Origin: Bacillota bacterium
GTDB lineage: Bacteria > Bacillota > Clostridia > Acetivibrionales > DTU013
NCBI GenBank assembly: GCA_023439545.1
Contig: JAEXNT010000001.1
Location: 8,827-72,826 of the forward strand
Length of the DNA stretch: 64,000 bases
Direction: 5' to 3'
The stretch's first letter is position 1. The number at the start of each line of letters is the position of its first letter. Of the stretch, positions 11,096 to 21,435 are shown piece by piece. Made by a program: the position numbers and the translations under genes. Below the pieces are notes generated by a model. The model saw only the letters and a list, made by a program, of their open reading frames with translations. It did not search any database and was not told where the DNA came from.

Positions 11096-12586
11096 GTGAA
11101 GAAGGTCGATAATTATAATACGCGCAGAGCGAATACCGTCAGCTTGATAATTATTGCTATTACAATAGTTATGATGACGATCCAGGCTTACATTACGTTA
11201 GGGATCCCGGGAGCATTGGATACCGGCATAAAAGGAGGCGTCGTAATTGCGCTCGCCCTGATTGTTTATTTCATAAAGATGAATCCATATATCAAAGGCC
11301 TGCTCTACGGCCTGATACCAGGGGTTGTCTCGATAGCGCTTTTCTTTTTGACAGGATACGAACTGGATCAGCATTATATTATATTTGCCTCAGCCGCTTT
11401 AGTTGCGCTTTATTTTAAAAAGCAACTGTTTATATGGTATGCGATAATAATGGACGTGCTCTATATATCCATTTTTACGTTTAAAGCTGAAAATTTTATG
11501 GGCTCTGAGGCGAATCTTGCCAATTTTATCAGTGTGTTCATACTTTACAACAGCGTCGTAGTTTTGTTATACCTCATGACCCGCTGGGGAAGGGCTCTTG
11601 TAGATGACGCCGGCGAAAAGGAGTCCAAGGCTCAGGGGCTGCTTGCAAAGCTGGAAGAGACCTTCGCGGGTTTGGATCAAAGCTCCATGGCCCTAGACAG
11701 CAATATTGAAAGCTTTACGGGCAATGTACGAACTACAAGGGATGCGAGCAGTGAGATAACGGACGCTATGAACGAGATGTCGAAGGTCATACAGGCTGAG
11801 TCAGCCGGCATCCAGCAAATAAGTTCGAACATGGTGGATTCGCTTTCAGGCGTAAATAACGCCAGGGAGATATCGAAGGGGATCATTACAAAAACAGCCG
11901 AGATGAGTGAAAAAATCATTGAAGGCCGCAACCAGATAGAGCAGATAAACGGCAATATGCAGATAGTCAGCACTGCTATAGGAACGGCGACATCTACTGT
12001 AAACGGTCTGCAAAACAGTGTGGAAACCATTAACGCCTCTCTTGAGGGAATAAAGCAGATCGCGGAGCAGACCAACATGCTTGCACTAAACGCCTCGATA
12101 GAATCCGCGCGCGCAGGTGAACAGGGCAAGGGCTTCGCTGTCGTTGCAGAGGAGATTCGGAAGCTGGCTGATCAGAGTTCCAAAATAGTCGGCGAAATAA
12201 ACAAGGTCATAGCAGGCATACTCGAAAAGACGCGCGAAGCAACCGACTATGTAAATCGGGGCGACCTTGTAGTAAGTGAGGAGAAGGATCTTATAAACAA
12301 CATTTCGCATTACTTCGGATCTATCGAACAGTCTTTTGCGCAGACCAATGAGGAAATAGTAAGAGAGATGGAGCTGTTCGACAGTATCGCCGAAAACTAT
12401 GTAAATGCACAGGCTCAGCTCGAAAACATATCCTCCATTTCTGAGGAAAACGTTGCGTCGGTCCAGGAAATAATGGCAACTGTAGAAAATGAAAATGAGC
12501 AGATCGTACATATTGATAAATCGATTGAAGAGATAGGGAAATTAAGCGGGAAATTGAAGGAAATGATAGCTTCCGGAAAAGCATGA
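11096..12586 (+). CDS. Methyl-accepting chemotaxis protein
   Basis: Multi-TM N-terminus plus the MCP signalling hairpin [36 protein letters not shown] start with a G-rich SD. Confidence 0.9.
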   Translation: MKKVDNYNTRRANTVSLIIIAITIVMMTIQAYITLGIPGALDTGIKGGVVIALALIVYFIKMNPYIKGLLYGLIPGVVSIALFFLTGYELDQHYIIFASAALVALYFKKQLFIWYAIIMDVLYISIFTFKAENFMGSEANLANFISVFILYNSVVVLLYLMTRWGRALVDDAGEKESKAQGLLAKLEETFAGLDQSSMALDSNIESFTGNVRTTRDASSEITDAMNEMSKVIQAESAGIQQISSNMVDSLSGVNNAREISKGIITKTAEMSEKIIEGRNQIEQINGNMQIVSTAIGTATSTVNGLQNSVETINASLEGIKQIAEQTNMLALNASIESARAGEQGKGFAVVAEEIRKLADQSSKIVGEINKVIAGILEKTREATDYVNRGDLVVSEEKDLINNISHYFGSIEQSFAQTNEEIVREMELFDSIAENYVNAQAQLENISSISEENVASVQEIMATVENENEQIVHIDKSIEEIGKLSGKLKEMIASGKA

Positions 12587-12604
12587 GCCAATTACGATTG
12601 AAGG

Positions 12605-12635
12605 GGCCGGTATCTTGAGATACCGGCCTTTTTTT
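12605..12635 (+). terminator. Intrinsic terminator after the MCP gene
   Basis: ggccggtatc / gataccggcc 10-bp stem, 4-nt loop, ttttttt. Confidence 0.9.
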
Positions 12636-12666
12636 GAGCTGCCTTCATTTACTTTATTACCAGCAA

Positions 12667-12695
12667 TTGACATAAATATTTGCATTTGGTAATTT
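12667..12695 (+). promoter_or_regulatory. Candidate promoter of xylanase 1 (TTGACA-17-TAATTT with extended TG)
   Basis: TTGACA at 12667-12672 and TGgTAATTT at 12687-12695. The box is conserved upstream of xylanase 2. Confidence 0.5.
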
Positions 12696-12716
12696 ATATT
12701 TTGGAGGTGGTTCAAA

Positions 12717-15700
12717 TTGAGTAGTATCAGGTTAAAGAATTGGAGAAGGACTCTTGCGTTGTTTTCGGTGTTCGCATTGATTTTTATGTATGCGCCGGCT
12801 ATCAGCAGCGCGGAGACGGCAACAGTCTATCACGAAACCTTTGAGACAGGCAAGGGGGTTGCAGTGCAATCCGGCGGCGCCAGCCTGACGCATGTCACGG
12901 ACAAGGTCTTTGAAGGGAACAGTGACGGAGCCGCTTTGTACGTCGGTAACAGAGTGAACAACTGGGACGCGGCCGATTTCGGGTTTACAGACATGGGCCT
13001 TGAAAATGGAAAGACATATACGATAACAGTGAAGGGTTTTGTTGACTCCGATGCGGTCATACCTGAAGGAGCGCAGGCTTTTCTGCAGTGCGTGGACAGC
13101 TATGCCTGGCTGGCGGGCGCCAATTATACCGTCGGAGGGGCATTCACTCTGACAGGTACCTATACGGTCGACACCGGCAAGGACTCGAAATTAAGAGTCC
13201 AGTCGAACGACGCCGGCGCAGTTGTTCCGTTCTATATCGGGGACATACTGATTACCGGAGAACCGGCGGTAACGGAAAAACAGGTTTATCATGAAAGCTT
13301 TGCGTCGGGAAAGGGTGTTGCGGTGCAATCCGGCGGCGCCAGCCTGACACAGGTGACCGACAAGGTTTTTGAAGGCAATGACGACGCAGCCGCATTGTAC
13401 GTAAGTAACAGGGTAAACAACTGGGACGCGGTGGATTTCAGGTTTGCGGACACAGGCCTTGCTAACGGCAAAACGTATACTATAAAAGTAACAGGTTATG
13501 TCGACGCTGATGTAGCCGTAACTACCGGAGCAGGGGCGGCGCTCCAGACGGATAAGACCTATGCATGGCTGGCCGGAACTGATTTTGCGGCCGGACAGGC
13601 GTTCGTTCTTACCAGGGAATACACTGTAGATACCACTACGGATACGGCTATCCGTATTCAATCAAATGAAGCCGGAAAAGCAATTCCTTTCTACATAGGA
13701 GACATATTGATCACAGAGAAGGTGTCATCAGGCGGCGATGATGAGCCCAGGCCTCCTGCGCTGCCCTTCACGGCTGTAACCTTTGAAGATCAGACAACGG
13801 GTGGTTTCGGCGGCAGAGGCGGTAATGAAACGCTTACTGTGACAAACGAAGACAACCATACCGACGGCGGTTCGTACTGCCTAAAAGTCGAGGGCAGGGA
13901 GCAAGCCTGGAACGGGCCGTCGCTGCGAGTGGAGAAGTACATCGACCAGGGCGCCGAATACAAAGTGACAGCCTGGGTCAAGACAATAACTCCCTCAAGC
14001 GTTCAACTCCAGCTTTCGACCCAGGTAGGCGACGGAAGCGGCGCGAATTATGTAAATCTGCAGGGTAAGACGATCAGTACCGCAGACGGCTGGGTTAGGT
14101 ATGAGGGGACTTACCGTTATAACAATGTAGGCAGCGAATATGTAACGATATACGTGGAGAGCTCCAATAATGCCACGGCATCCTTCTATATCGACGATAT
14201 CAGCTTTGTGCCGACCGGCTCCGGGCCTATCGACATACAGAGGGATCTTGTACCGATCAAGGACGCATATCAGAATGATTTCCTGATAGGAGACGCCATT
14301 GCCGAGGAGGATCTGCAGGGAGTAAGGCTTGATCTGCTGAAAATGCACTGTAACATAGCGACGGCAGGCAACGCAATGAAGCCGCTTTATCTACAGCCTT
14401 CAAAGGGCAATTTCGACTTTTCTGCGGCTGACAGGATAGTTGACAAGGTTTTAGCCGAAGGCCTCAAAATGCATGGACACGTGCTGGTATGGCATTCGCA
14501 GACCGGCGCATGGATGAACACGACGACGGACTCGGGCGGTAACACTATCGCGCTGGGTCGCGACGAGGCCCTTGATAATATGAGGACCCATATCAAAACT
14601 GTCATGGAGCATTTTGGAGATAAGGTAATTTCATGGGATGTTGTAAATGAAGCTATGAACGATAGCCCATCGAATCCGGCTGATTGGAAGGCATCACTGC
14701 GCAGAAGCCCATGGTATAACGCAATAGGCGACGATTATGTAGAGCAGGCGTTCCTCGCGGCAAGAGAAGTGCTTGACCAGCATCCCGAGTGGAAGCCTAT
14801 AACGCTTTATTACAATGATTACAATGACGACAACCAGAGTAAGGCTACAGCGATCTACAACATGGTGAAAGAGCTCAATGACAGGTATGCACTGACACAT
14901 CCCGGCAAGCTCCTTATCGACGGCGTCGGTATGCAGGCGCATTACAATATGAGCACGAACCCGGCGAATGTATTGCTTTCTCTGGAAAGGTTCCTTTCAC
15001 TGGGTGTTAAGGTTGGTATAACAGAGCTTGACATTCAAGCCGGAAGCAATTACCAGCTGTCGGATAAGCAAGCAATAGCCCAGGGTTATTTGTACGCACA
15101 GCTACTAAAGATATTCAGGGATCACGCAGCAAATATAGAACGTGTTACATTCTGGGGATTGGATGACGGCACAAGCTGGAGATCCTCTACGAATCCTACG
15201 CCGTTCGACAAGAACCTGCAGGCAAAAAAGGCTTATTACGGTGTCATCGATCCCGATAAGTACATGGCTGAGAATATACCCGAGCCCCCGCCGGAAGTAT
15301 ACAAGTCGACAGCCGGATACGCGACTCCGGTTATTGACGGAACGGCCGATGCTGTTTGGAACGATACGCCTGCGATGCCCATAAGCAGGTATCAGATGGC
15401 CCTCCAGGGAGCCAACGGTACGGCAAAAGCCCTCTGGGATGAGAAAAACCTGTACGTTCTGGTCCAGGTTAGCGATGCACAGCTCGACAAGACGAGCGCA
15501 AATGCGTGGGAACAGGATTCGGTGGAAGCCTTCGTGGATGAGAACAACGGAAAGACATCATACTACGAGAATGATGACGGACAGTACAGGATCAATTTCG
15601 ACAATGAAACCTCCTTCAATCCGGCGGCAATTGCGGAAGGCTTCGAATCAAAGACCAGCATTTCCGGGACAAATTACACTGTCGAGATGAAGATACCGTT

Positions 15701-16769
15701 CAAGACGATTACCCCGGCCAACGATGTAAAAATCGGTTTCGATGTGCAAATAAACGACGGAAATAACGGCTTGCGTCAAAGTGCAGCCACGTGGAACGAC
15801 TTGACCGGAAACGCATATCAGGACACCTCCGTATATGGAGTCGTTACCCTTACCGGTTATGACCCCGATATTGCGATCGTGGAGGCCGCGGTTACTGCAA
15901 TAGTAGGCGGAACCTACCTGATACCGTTTACCAGCCAAACCAGTCAGGAGACAAAGAACGCCTGGGTACAGGCTGCGGCTAATGCGCTCATTCCCGGGGG
16001 GAATGGTTCGGTTGCCGTTGTTACCTATGACGGCGGGTATATTGTTACGGTAACAAAAGGTCAGGTCGCCAGAACCGCCGAAATCACCGTAACCGAGCAG
16101 CCGAGTCCGGTGAACCTGCTGAAGGGCCTGACACTGAGCTCCGGCACTATTAAGCCGGACTTCAGCGGAAAAACTCTCTGTTATTCCGCAAACGTTCCCA
16201 ACAGCATAACTAAAATCAAAGTTACGCCTGTTTTGGAGGATATCAGAGCTTCGATGACTGTAAATGGCTGTGCTGCAACAAGCGGTCAGCCGTCGCAGGA
16301 TATCGCCCTCAAAGTGGGCTATAATACTGTCTCGATAGTTGTTACCGCCCAGGATGGAAATCACAGGACCTATAAAGTAACAGTAAACAGGCTGATGTAT
16401 AATTTCATGGGTTTCCTGTCTCCGATCAAACCTGACGGCTCTGCCGTATTCAAAGCCGGCAGCGTGATTCCGGTCAAATTCCAGCTTAAGAGTACCGCAG
16501 GTTATGTATATCCGTATGCAATTGCAAAAGTCTACATTGCAAAAGTGACCAACGGGACTGTAGGAGCCGAGAAGCCTGCACAGGCGTCAGGCTGGGGATA
16601 TAAAGGCAACTTGTGCCGGTATGATTTATTCAATAAGCAGTATGTTTTCAATCTGAACACCAAAGGCTTCACAAAGGGAACCTACAGGATCAGGGCCGAC
16701 CTTGGAGACGGGCTGACATACACTGTCAATATCAACCTGAAAGATAAAACGCCTGACGGAAGACACTAG
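12717..16769 (+). CDS. Secreted multidomain GH10 endo-beta-1,4-xylanase (2x N-terminal CBM-like module, CBM22-like, GH10, CBM9-like, cadherin-like, PxKF-like C-terminus)
   Basis: TTG start after GGAGGTGG. Signal peptide. GH10 catalytic motifs WDVVNEA and ITELDIQ. CBM9-like block ([14 protein letters not shown] ... FDVQINDG). No dockerin or SLH repeats seen. Confidence 0.92.
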   Translation: MSSIRLKNWRRTLALFSVFALIFMYAPAISSAETATVYHETFETGKGVAVQSGGASLTHVTDKVFEGNSDGAALYVGNRVNNWDAADFGFTDMGLENGKTYTITVKGFVDSDAVIPEGAQAFLQCVDSYAWLAGANYTVGGAFTLTGTYTVDTGKDSKLRVQSNDAGAVVPFYIGDILITGEPAVTEKQVYHESFASGKGVAVQSGGASLTQVTDKVFEGNDDAAALYVSNRVNNWDAVDFRFADTGLANGKTYTIKVTGYVDADVAVTTGAGAALQTDKTYAWLAGTDFAAGQAFVLTREYTVDTTTDTAIRIQSNEAGKAIPFYIGDILITEKVSSGGDDEPRPPALPFTAVTFEDQTTGGFGGRGGNETLTVTNEDNHTDGGSYCLKVEGREQAWNGPSLRVEKYIDQGAEYKVTAWVKTITPSSVQLQLSTQVGDGSGANYVNLQGKTISTADGWVRYEGTYRYNNVGSEYVTIYVESSNNATASFYIDDISFVPTGSGPIDIQRDLVPIKDAYQNDFLIGDAIAEEDLQGVRLDLLKMHCNIATAGNAMKPLYLQPSKGNFDFSAADRIVDKVLAEGLKMHGHVLVWHSQTGAWMNTTTDSGGNTIALGRDEALDNMRTHIKTVMEHFGDKVISWDVVNEAMNDSPSNPADWKASLRRSPWYNAIGDDYVEQAFLAAREVLDQHPEWKPITLYYNDYNDDNQSKATAIYNMVKELNDRYALTHPGKLLIDGVGMQAHYNMSTNPANVLLSLERFLSLGVKVGITELDIQAGSNYQLSDKQAIAQGYLYAQLLKIFRDHAANIERVTFWGLDDGTSWRSSTNPTPFDKNLQAKKAYYGVIDPDKYMAENIPEPPPEVYKSTAGYATPVIDGTADAVWNDTPAMPISRYQMALQGANGTAKALWDEKNLYVLVQVSDAQLDKTSANAWEQDSVEAFVDENNGKTSYYENDDGQYRINFDNETSFNPAAIAEGFESKTSISGTNYTVEMKIPFKTITPANDVKIGFDVQINDGNNGLRQSAATWNDLTGNAYQDTSVYGVVTLTGYDPDIAIVEAAVTAIVGGTYLIPFTSQTSQETKNAWVQAAANALIPGGNGSVAVVTYDGGYIVTVTKGQVARTAEITVTEQPSPVNLLKGLTLSSGTIKPDFSGKTLCYSANVPNSITKIKVTPVLEDIRASMTVNGCAATSGQPSQDIALKVGYNTVSIVVTAQDGNHRTYKVTVNRLMYNFMGFLSPIKPDGSAVFKAGSVIPVKFQLKSTAGYVYPYAIAKVYIAKVTNGTVGAEKPAQASGWGYKGNLCRYDLFNKQYVFNLNTKGFTKGTYRIRADLGDGLTYTVNINLKDKTPDGRH
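12825..13716 (+). repeat. In-frame tandem duplication of a roughly 145-aa N-terminal module inside xylanase 1
   Basis: Copy 1 (12825-13260) and copy 2 (13281-13716) both start VYHE(T/S)[15 protein letters not shown]. There are long identical DNA runs such as caatccggcggcgccagcctgac. Confidence 0.85.
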
Positions 16770-16885
16770 ATCGAACTCCATACCCTAAATAACGAAAGCC
16801 TTCGTTGGATCGGTTCAACGGGGGCTTTTCTTTTGAACACGGATAATATCTTTAAAATGTCAGATATAAATCTTTAATTTGGTAA

Positions 16886-16914
16886 TTTACGATGTAAATT
16901 GGAATCTGTATAAT
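16886..16914 (+). promoter_or_regulatory. Candidate promoter of xylanase 2 (TTTACG-17-TATAAT)
   Basis: TATAAT at 16909-16914. The conserved ATAAAT.TTT..ATTTGGTAATTTA box lies at 16863-16889, immediately upstream and overlapping the -35. Confidence 0.4.
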
Positions 16915-16975
16915 TAGAGCTGGAGAAAATTGTATTTTTGTGCCTAACTATATTATTTTATGGAGGTGGCCCATT

Positions 16976-19672
16976 TTGAACAGTATCGGTTCGAGAAACT
17001 GGAAAAAGGTGATCGCGTTATTATCGGTGTTCGCATTGGTTTTTGCGTATACTCCTGCAATAAGCGCGGAGTCGGCTGCGGTTTATCATGAAACCTTCGC
17101 AGTCGGCAAGGGCGCTGCTGTACAATCAGGCGGCGCCAGCCTGACGCAGGTAACCGGTAAGGTCTTCGACGGCAATAGTGATGGAGCTGCTTTATACGTC
17201 AGCAAGAGAACGAACAACTGGGATGCGGCTGATTTCAATTTCGCAGATGTCGCAATGAAGGACGGTAAAACCTACAACATAACTGTAAAAGGCTATATAG
17301 ATTCCGATGCGGCGATACCTTCCGGAGCACAGGCAGCCCTTCAGACAGCGGATGGATATGCATGGATTTCAGGCGTTAATATGGAAGCCGGCAAGGCATT
17401 CACACTGACCGGCAAATATACCGTAGGCTCCAACAAGAGCGATACCAGGCTTCGTATCCAGTCGAACGACGCAGGTAAGGCTGTTTCGTTCTACATCGGA
17501 GATATTACAATAGCGGAAGACGCCTCTTCCGCCGGCACAAGCGCATCCGGCAGCGGAAATGCGGCAGGTACGGCTGCAAAGTTCACGGCTGTAACTTTCG
17601 AGGACCAGAAGGCGGACGGCTTTGCCGGCCGGGCAGGCACTGAGAAGCTGACTGTTACAAAGGAAGCCAACCATACCGCCGGAGGCGCTTACGCACTGAA
17701 GGTGGAGGGAAGGACTCAGTCGTGGAACGGACCTTCGTTGAACGTTGAAAAATACGTAGACCAGGGCGGCGAATACAAGATCACAGCCTGGGTCAGGCTG
17801 ATAGAGCCCGCAAGCTCGCAGCTGCAGCTTTCGACACAGGTCGGAAACGGAAGCGGCGCTTCCTACGTCAACCTCGCAGCTAAGACCGTCAATGCAAGCG
17901 ACGGTTGGGTCGAGTACACGGGCACGTACAGATATAGCAATACAAGCAGCGGATACTTGACGATTTATGTAGAAAGCGCCAGCAACGCAACGGCTTCCTT
18001 CTACATCGACGATATCAGCTTTGAGAACACCGGCTCCGCGCCGATTTCGATTCAAAAGGATCTGAAGGGTATCAAGGATGCTTACAAGAACAGCTTCCTG
18101 ATAGGAGACGCGATTTCGGCAGAAGACCTGGAGGGCGTCAGGCTTGAGCTTCTTAAGAAACATTTCAATATAGTGACGGCAGGAAATGCCATGAAGCCGG
18201 ATGCGCTGCAAAATGTAAAGGGTAAATTCACCTTCGACGCGGCGGACAAGATGATCAAACAGGCGGCAGACGCCGGACTCAAGGTACATGGACACGTACT
18301 GGTATGGCATCAGCAGTCGCCGGACTGGCTCAACACAAAGACTGACGCCAGGGGCAGTACGGTTCCGCTTTCGCGTACCGAAGCCCTTGCAAACCTGAGG
18401 ACTCATATCAAAACCGTAATGGAGCACTTCGGCAACAAGGTAATATCCTGGGACGTAGTAAACGAAGCCATGAACGATAATCCCTCCAAGCCGGCAGACT
18501 ATAAGGCTTCGTTGCGAAAAACCCCGTGGTATGACGCCATAGGTCCCGACTACGTAGAACAGGCATTCCTGGCAGCGAGGGAAGTGTTGGATAAACATCC
18601 GGGCTGGAAGATCAAGCTGTATTATAATGACTACAACGAAGATAACCAGAATAAAGCTACTGCTATCTACAATATGGCGAAGGATATCAACGCCAGATAT
18701 GCCAGGACGCATCACGGCAAGCTGCTCATCGACGGCATCGGTATGCAGGGCCATTATGCTGTAAATACGAACCCGACCAATGTCGAGCTTTCACTTAAAA
18801 AATTCATTTCACTGGGAGTGAAAGTAAGTATTACCGAGCTTGATATACAAGCAGGCAGCAACTATGAGCTCTCCGACAAGCTTGCCGCCGCACAGGGTTA
18901 TCTTTATGCGCAGTTGCTCAAGCTATTCAAGGCAAACTCCAGGAATATAGAGCGCGTTACCTTCTGGGGAGCGGATGATGGTACGAGCTGGAGATCAGCT
19001 ACGAACCCGACTCCGTTCGATAAGAACCTGCAGGCGAAACCGGCTTATTACGGTGTGATCAACCCTAATAAATTCATGGCTGAAAACAAGCCGGCGGCTC
19101 CCGAAGGTGCGAAGCAGTCTACAGCCAGGTTCGGCGCACCTGTTATAGATGGCAAGATAGACGCTGCCTGGAAGAATGCTCCCGAACTGCCTTTAAACCG
19201 CTATCAGCTGGCTTGGCAGGGAGCTTCCGGCACGGCGAAGGTCCTTTGGGACAACAATTACCTGTATGTTTTATACCAGGTGAACGACGCCCAGCTTGAC
19301 AAGAAGAGCGCAAATGCATGGGAACAGGATTCTGTTGAAGCCTTCCTCGATGAAAACAACGGTAAGACCTCGTTCTACCAGGCTGACGACGGTCAATACA
19401 GAGTAAACTTCTCCAATGCGACCTCGTTCAATCCGGAAGGCATAGCCAAGAACTTCAAGTCAGCGGCCAAGGTGACCGGAACGAGCTATGTCGTCGAAAT
19501 GAAGATACCGTTCAAGACCATCAAGCCGAAGGCCAATATGAAGATCGGTTTCGATGCGCAGATAAACGACGGCAAGGACGGCGCACGCCAGAGCGTAGCT
19601 GCCTGGAACGACACAACGGGCAACGCATACCAGGATACCTCCGTATTCGGCGTGCTTACATTAAAGAAATAA
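16976..19672 (+). CDS. Secreted GH10 endo-beta-1,4-xylanase paralog (1x N-terminal module, CBM22-like, GH10, CBM9-like)
   Basis: TTG start at 16976 after GGAGGTGG, the same SD and start geometry as xylanase 1. Signal peptide. WDVVNEA and ITELDIQ motifs. Ends right after the CBM9-like domain. Confidence 0.92.
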   Translation: MNSIGSRNWKKVIALLSVFALVFAYTPAISAESAAVYHETFAVGKGAAVQSGGASLTQVTGKVFDGNSDGAALYVSKRTNNWDAADFNFADVAMKDGKTYNITVKGYIDSDAAIPSGAQAALQTADGYAWISGVNMEAGKAFTLTGKYTVGSNKSDTRLRIQSNDAGKAVSFYIGDITIAEDASSAGTSASGSGNAAGTAAKFTAVTFEDQKADGFAGRAGTEKLTVTKEANHTAGGAYALKVEGRTQSWNGPSLNVEKYVDQGGEYKITAWVRLIEPASSQLQLSTQVGNGSGASYVNLAAKTVNASDGWVEYTGTYRYSNTSSGYLTIYVESASNATASFYIDDISFENTGSAPISIQKDLKGIKDAYKNSFLIGDAISAEDLEGVRLELLKKHFNIVTAGNAMKPDALQNVKGKFTFDAADKMIKQAADAGLKVHGHVLVWHQQSPDWLNTKTDARGSTVPLSRTEALANLRTHIKTVMEHFGNKVISWDVVNEAMNDNPSKPADYKASLRKTPWYDAIGPDYVEQAFLAAREVLDKHPGWKIKLYYNDYNEDNQNKATAIYNMAKDINARYARTHHGKLLIDGIGMQGHYAVNTNPTNVELSLKKFISLGVKVSITELDIQAGSNYELSDKLAAAQGYLYAQLLKLFKANSRNIERVTFWGADDGTSWRSATNPTPFDKNLQAKPAYYGVINPNKFMAENKPAAPEGAKQSTARFGAPVIDGKIDAAWKNAPELPLNRYQLAWQGASGTAKVLWDNNYLYVLYQVNDAQLDKKSANAWEQDSVEAFLDENNGKTSFYQADDGQYRVNFSNATSFNPEGIAKNFKSAAKVTGTSYVVEMKIPFKTIKPKANMKIGFDAQINDGKDGARQSVAAWNDTTGNAYQDTSVFGVLTLKK

Positions 19673-19689
19673 CAGCGCGGTAAATTAAC

Positions 19690-19726
19690 AAATACCGGAT
19701 ACCTTTCGCGGGTATCCGGTATTTGT
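19690..19726. terminator. Bidirectional intrinsic terminator (xylanase 2 / panE)
   Basis: ataccggatacc / ggtatccggtat 12-bp stem, flanked by an A-run and a T-run. Confidence 0.85.
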
Positions 19727-19732
19727 GTGCAG

Positions 19733-19770
19733 AAACGAAACGCAAAAACGAAACGCAAAAACGAAACGCA
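19733..19770. repeat. 3 x 13-nt tandem repeat (AAACGAAACGCAA)
   Basis: Read directly: aaacgaaacgcaa aaacgaaacgcaa aaacgaaacgca. Confidence 0.9.
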
Positions 19771-19787
19771 GGGACGGTTCTTTTGTT

Positions 19788-20702
19788 TCACTTGAGCTGC
19801 TCAATGGCGCGGATGATCCGGTACAATACATCATTGACAGGGGTCGGCACGCCGTATTTACGGCCGAGTTCGATCACCGTGCCCGAGAATATCTCGACTT
19901 CGGTTTTCCTGCCCGCTTCCACATCCTGAAACATCGATGTCTTAGCTTCGGGTGAAAGTGCTGCTAATACTTTGAGGTAATCCTGTATATCTTTCTCTGA
20001 CAAATTTATTTCCGCCTTCCGCGCAATTGAGATCACTTCGCGTGAAGCCGAGATCATAAGCTCCCGCGCTTCACCTTCTCGTGTAAAAGCTCCGTAAGGC
20101 GCGCGAAGCACCGCTGAGACCTGGTTGATCCCCACGTTCAGCATGAATTTCCACCAAAGCTCGCGCATAATGTCTTCCGGTATGCTGTAAGGCACGCAGG
20201 CCTTATCGAAAAAATCCTTCACAGCGGCTAATTTAGCGGAATCGGGATCGTACCTGTCTCCCATTACGATTTTTCCCATGTTCGTATAATGGATATCCGT
20301 ACCCTTTCTCACCGCATCGGTGCCCACACAAAATGAATACAGCATTTTTTCCATGCCGAATTCGCTCCCCAGGACCTCCTCGCTCACTATTCCGTTGAGA
20401 AGCGAAAGTATTATCGTATCCGGGCCTACAAAACCCCGTATTTCTTCAATTGCCTGCCTGAGATGGTGCTGTTTGACGGCAATGATCACAAGATCCGATT
20501 TTTCATCTGCAGTTTCCGGTGTTGCATAATTGAAATCAACCGCTTTCCCGTTAATGTAGACTCCATCCGATTCGTATCTTTCCCGTCTCTCGCTGTCGAC
20601 GATTATCTGAAGGCTATCCGGACACTTTTCCAGTATCCTGCCCGCATATGCACCGCCAATGGCGCCAAGCCCTACGAGATGCACCTTTTGAATTTCCTTC
20701 AT
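19788..20702 (-). CDS. panE: 2-dehydropantoate 2-reductase (ketopantoate reductase)
   Basis: N-terminal VHLVGLGAIGGAY Rossmann motif and ApbA/PanE-like length and C-terminal domain. Confidence 0.85.
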   Translation of the reverse strand: MKEIQKVHLVGLGAIGGAYAGRILEKCPDSLQIIVDSERRERYESDGVYINGKAVDFNYATPETADEKSDLVIIAVKQHHLRQAIEEIRGFVGPDTIILSLLNGIVSEEVLGSEFGMEKMLYSFCVGTDAVRKGTDIHYTNMGKIVMGDRYDPDSAKLAAVKDFFDKACVPYSIPEDIMRELWWKFMLNVGINQVSAVLRAPYGAFTREGEARELMISASREVISIARKAEINLSEKDIQDYLKVLAALSPEAKTSMFQDVEAGRKTEVEIFSGTVIELGRKYGVPTPVNDVLYRIIRAIEQLK

Positions 20703-20882
20703 AATATAATCTCCGTTTCATTGCAATTCGAAATTTTCATTTTGTCGTATTAAAATCATTATGCCATCCGAATTTGATCGATTCAAGTTTAATAGCTGAA
20801 AACATGACTCGAAGAAAGTCCGCCGTTAATTTTCCGGGTTTGCCAGGCCATACCAGTCTGTTCGGCGGACGGTTCGGGAAAC

Positions 20883-20911
20883 TTGACAAACGTCGTGACC
20901 CCCATTATAAT
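20883..20911 (+). promoter_or_regulatory. Consensus sigma-A promoter of tRNA-Leu (TTGACA-17-TATAAT)
   Basis: TTGACA at 20883-20888 and TATAAT at 20906-20911. The tRNA starts 16 nt downstream. Confidence 0.75.
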
Positions 20912-20926
20912 TGATTTTACGAGTAT

Positions 20927-21009
<83 letters not shown>

Positions 21010-21016
21010 TGTGATA

Positions 21017-21057
21017 AAATCCGAACCTATAGTTTATAAATGGTTCGGATTTTTTAT
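21017..21057 (+). terminator. Intrinsic terminator after tRNA-Leu
   Basis: aaatccgaacc / ggttcggattt stem, 14-nt loop, tttttt. Confidence 0.85.
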
Positions 21058-21098
21058 TATATATAAATAATAAGATACATAAATGATTCAACCAAGCT

Positions 21099-21162
21099 TG
21101 CGCAAACAAAATGTCAAAATGAGCATGATGTCATTTGCATTACGCAGGAAGAATAGTATAAT
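21099..21162 (+). promoter_or_regulatory. Candidate promoter (TTGCAT-16-TATAAT) overlapped by an imperfect 15-nt inverted repeat (possible C-box-like operator)
   Basis: TGCGCAAACAAAATG (21099-21113) pairs with CATTTGCATTACGCA (21132-21146) at 11/15 positions. -35 at 21135-21140 and -10 at 21157-21162. Confidence 0.4.
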
Positions 21163-21196
21163 TTATTATATATACAAGTTGCGAAGGGGACATTTA

Positions 21197-21367
21197 ATGT
21201 CTATTTACAGTATTTTGTCTACGCTGATGGGAAGTCGGCGTTACTCGATACAGGACGTTCGTGAAAAAACTAGGCTTTTGAGAAATACAATTTCGAATCT
21301 TTATAGCGACAGAGCAACGAGAATTGACTTTGAAGTAATAGATAAGCTGTGTGTTTTGCTCGGATGA
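21197..21367 (+). CDS. Short XRE/YozG-like HTH protein (possible controller protein of the cassette)
   Basis: The 56-aa product has an HTH-like core (SIQDVREKTRLLRNTISNLYS ... IDFEVIDKLC). AAGGGGA SD lies ahead of the ATG at 21197. The C-terminus looks short for the family. Confidence 0.65.
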   Translation: MSIYSILSTLMGSRRYSIQDVREKTRLLRNTISNLYSDRATRIDFEVIDKLCVLLG

Positions 21368-21435
21368 AGAGTGAAAAGCTTCTGCGCACAGAATGCATAA
21401 CCCGTCGCTGACCTCTGAAGGAAGGATGATACAAA

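Noticed and set aside
12640-12716. SigI-type (cellulosome-style) alternative sigma promoter upstream of the xylanases
   Set aside because: I could not find the A-tract/CCC -35 and CGWA -10 pattern I remember for SigI promoters. Ordinary sigma-A-like hexamers explain the region better. No sigI/rsgI genes are in the window.
17369-18754. 461-aa minus-strand ORF inside xylanase 2, and the similar 15648-16364 and 13191-13661 ORFs inside xylanase 1
   Set aside because: They lie antisense to ORFs with unmistakable GH10/CBM motifs. Their composition is Arg/Cys/Val-rich and low in information, and they have no SD. These are typical shadow ORFs of a codon-biased gene.
21083-21196. N-terminal extension of the HTH ORF (94-aa version)
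   Set aside because: The extension overlaps the predicted promoter and operator and is Lys/Arg/Ile junk with no SD. The internal ATG at 21197 has an SD and yields a complete HTH core.
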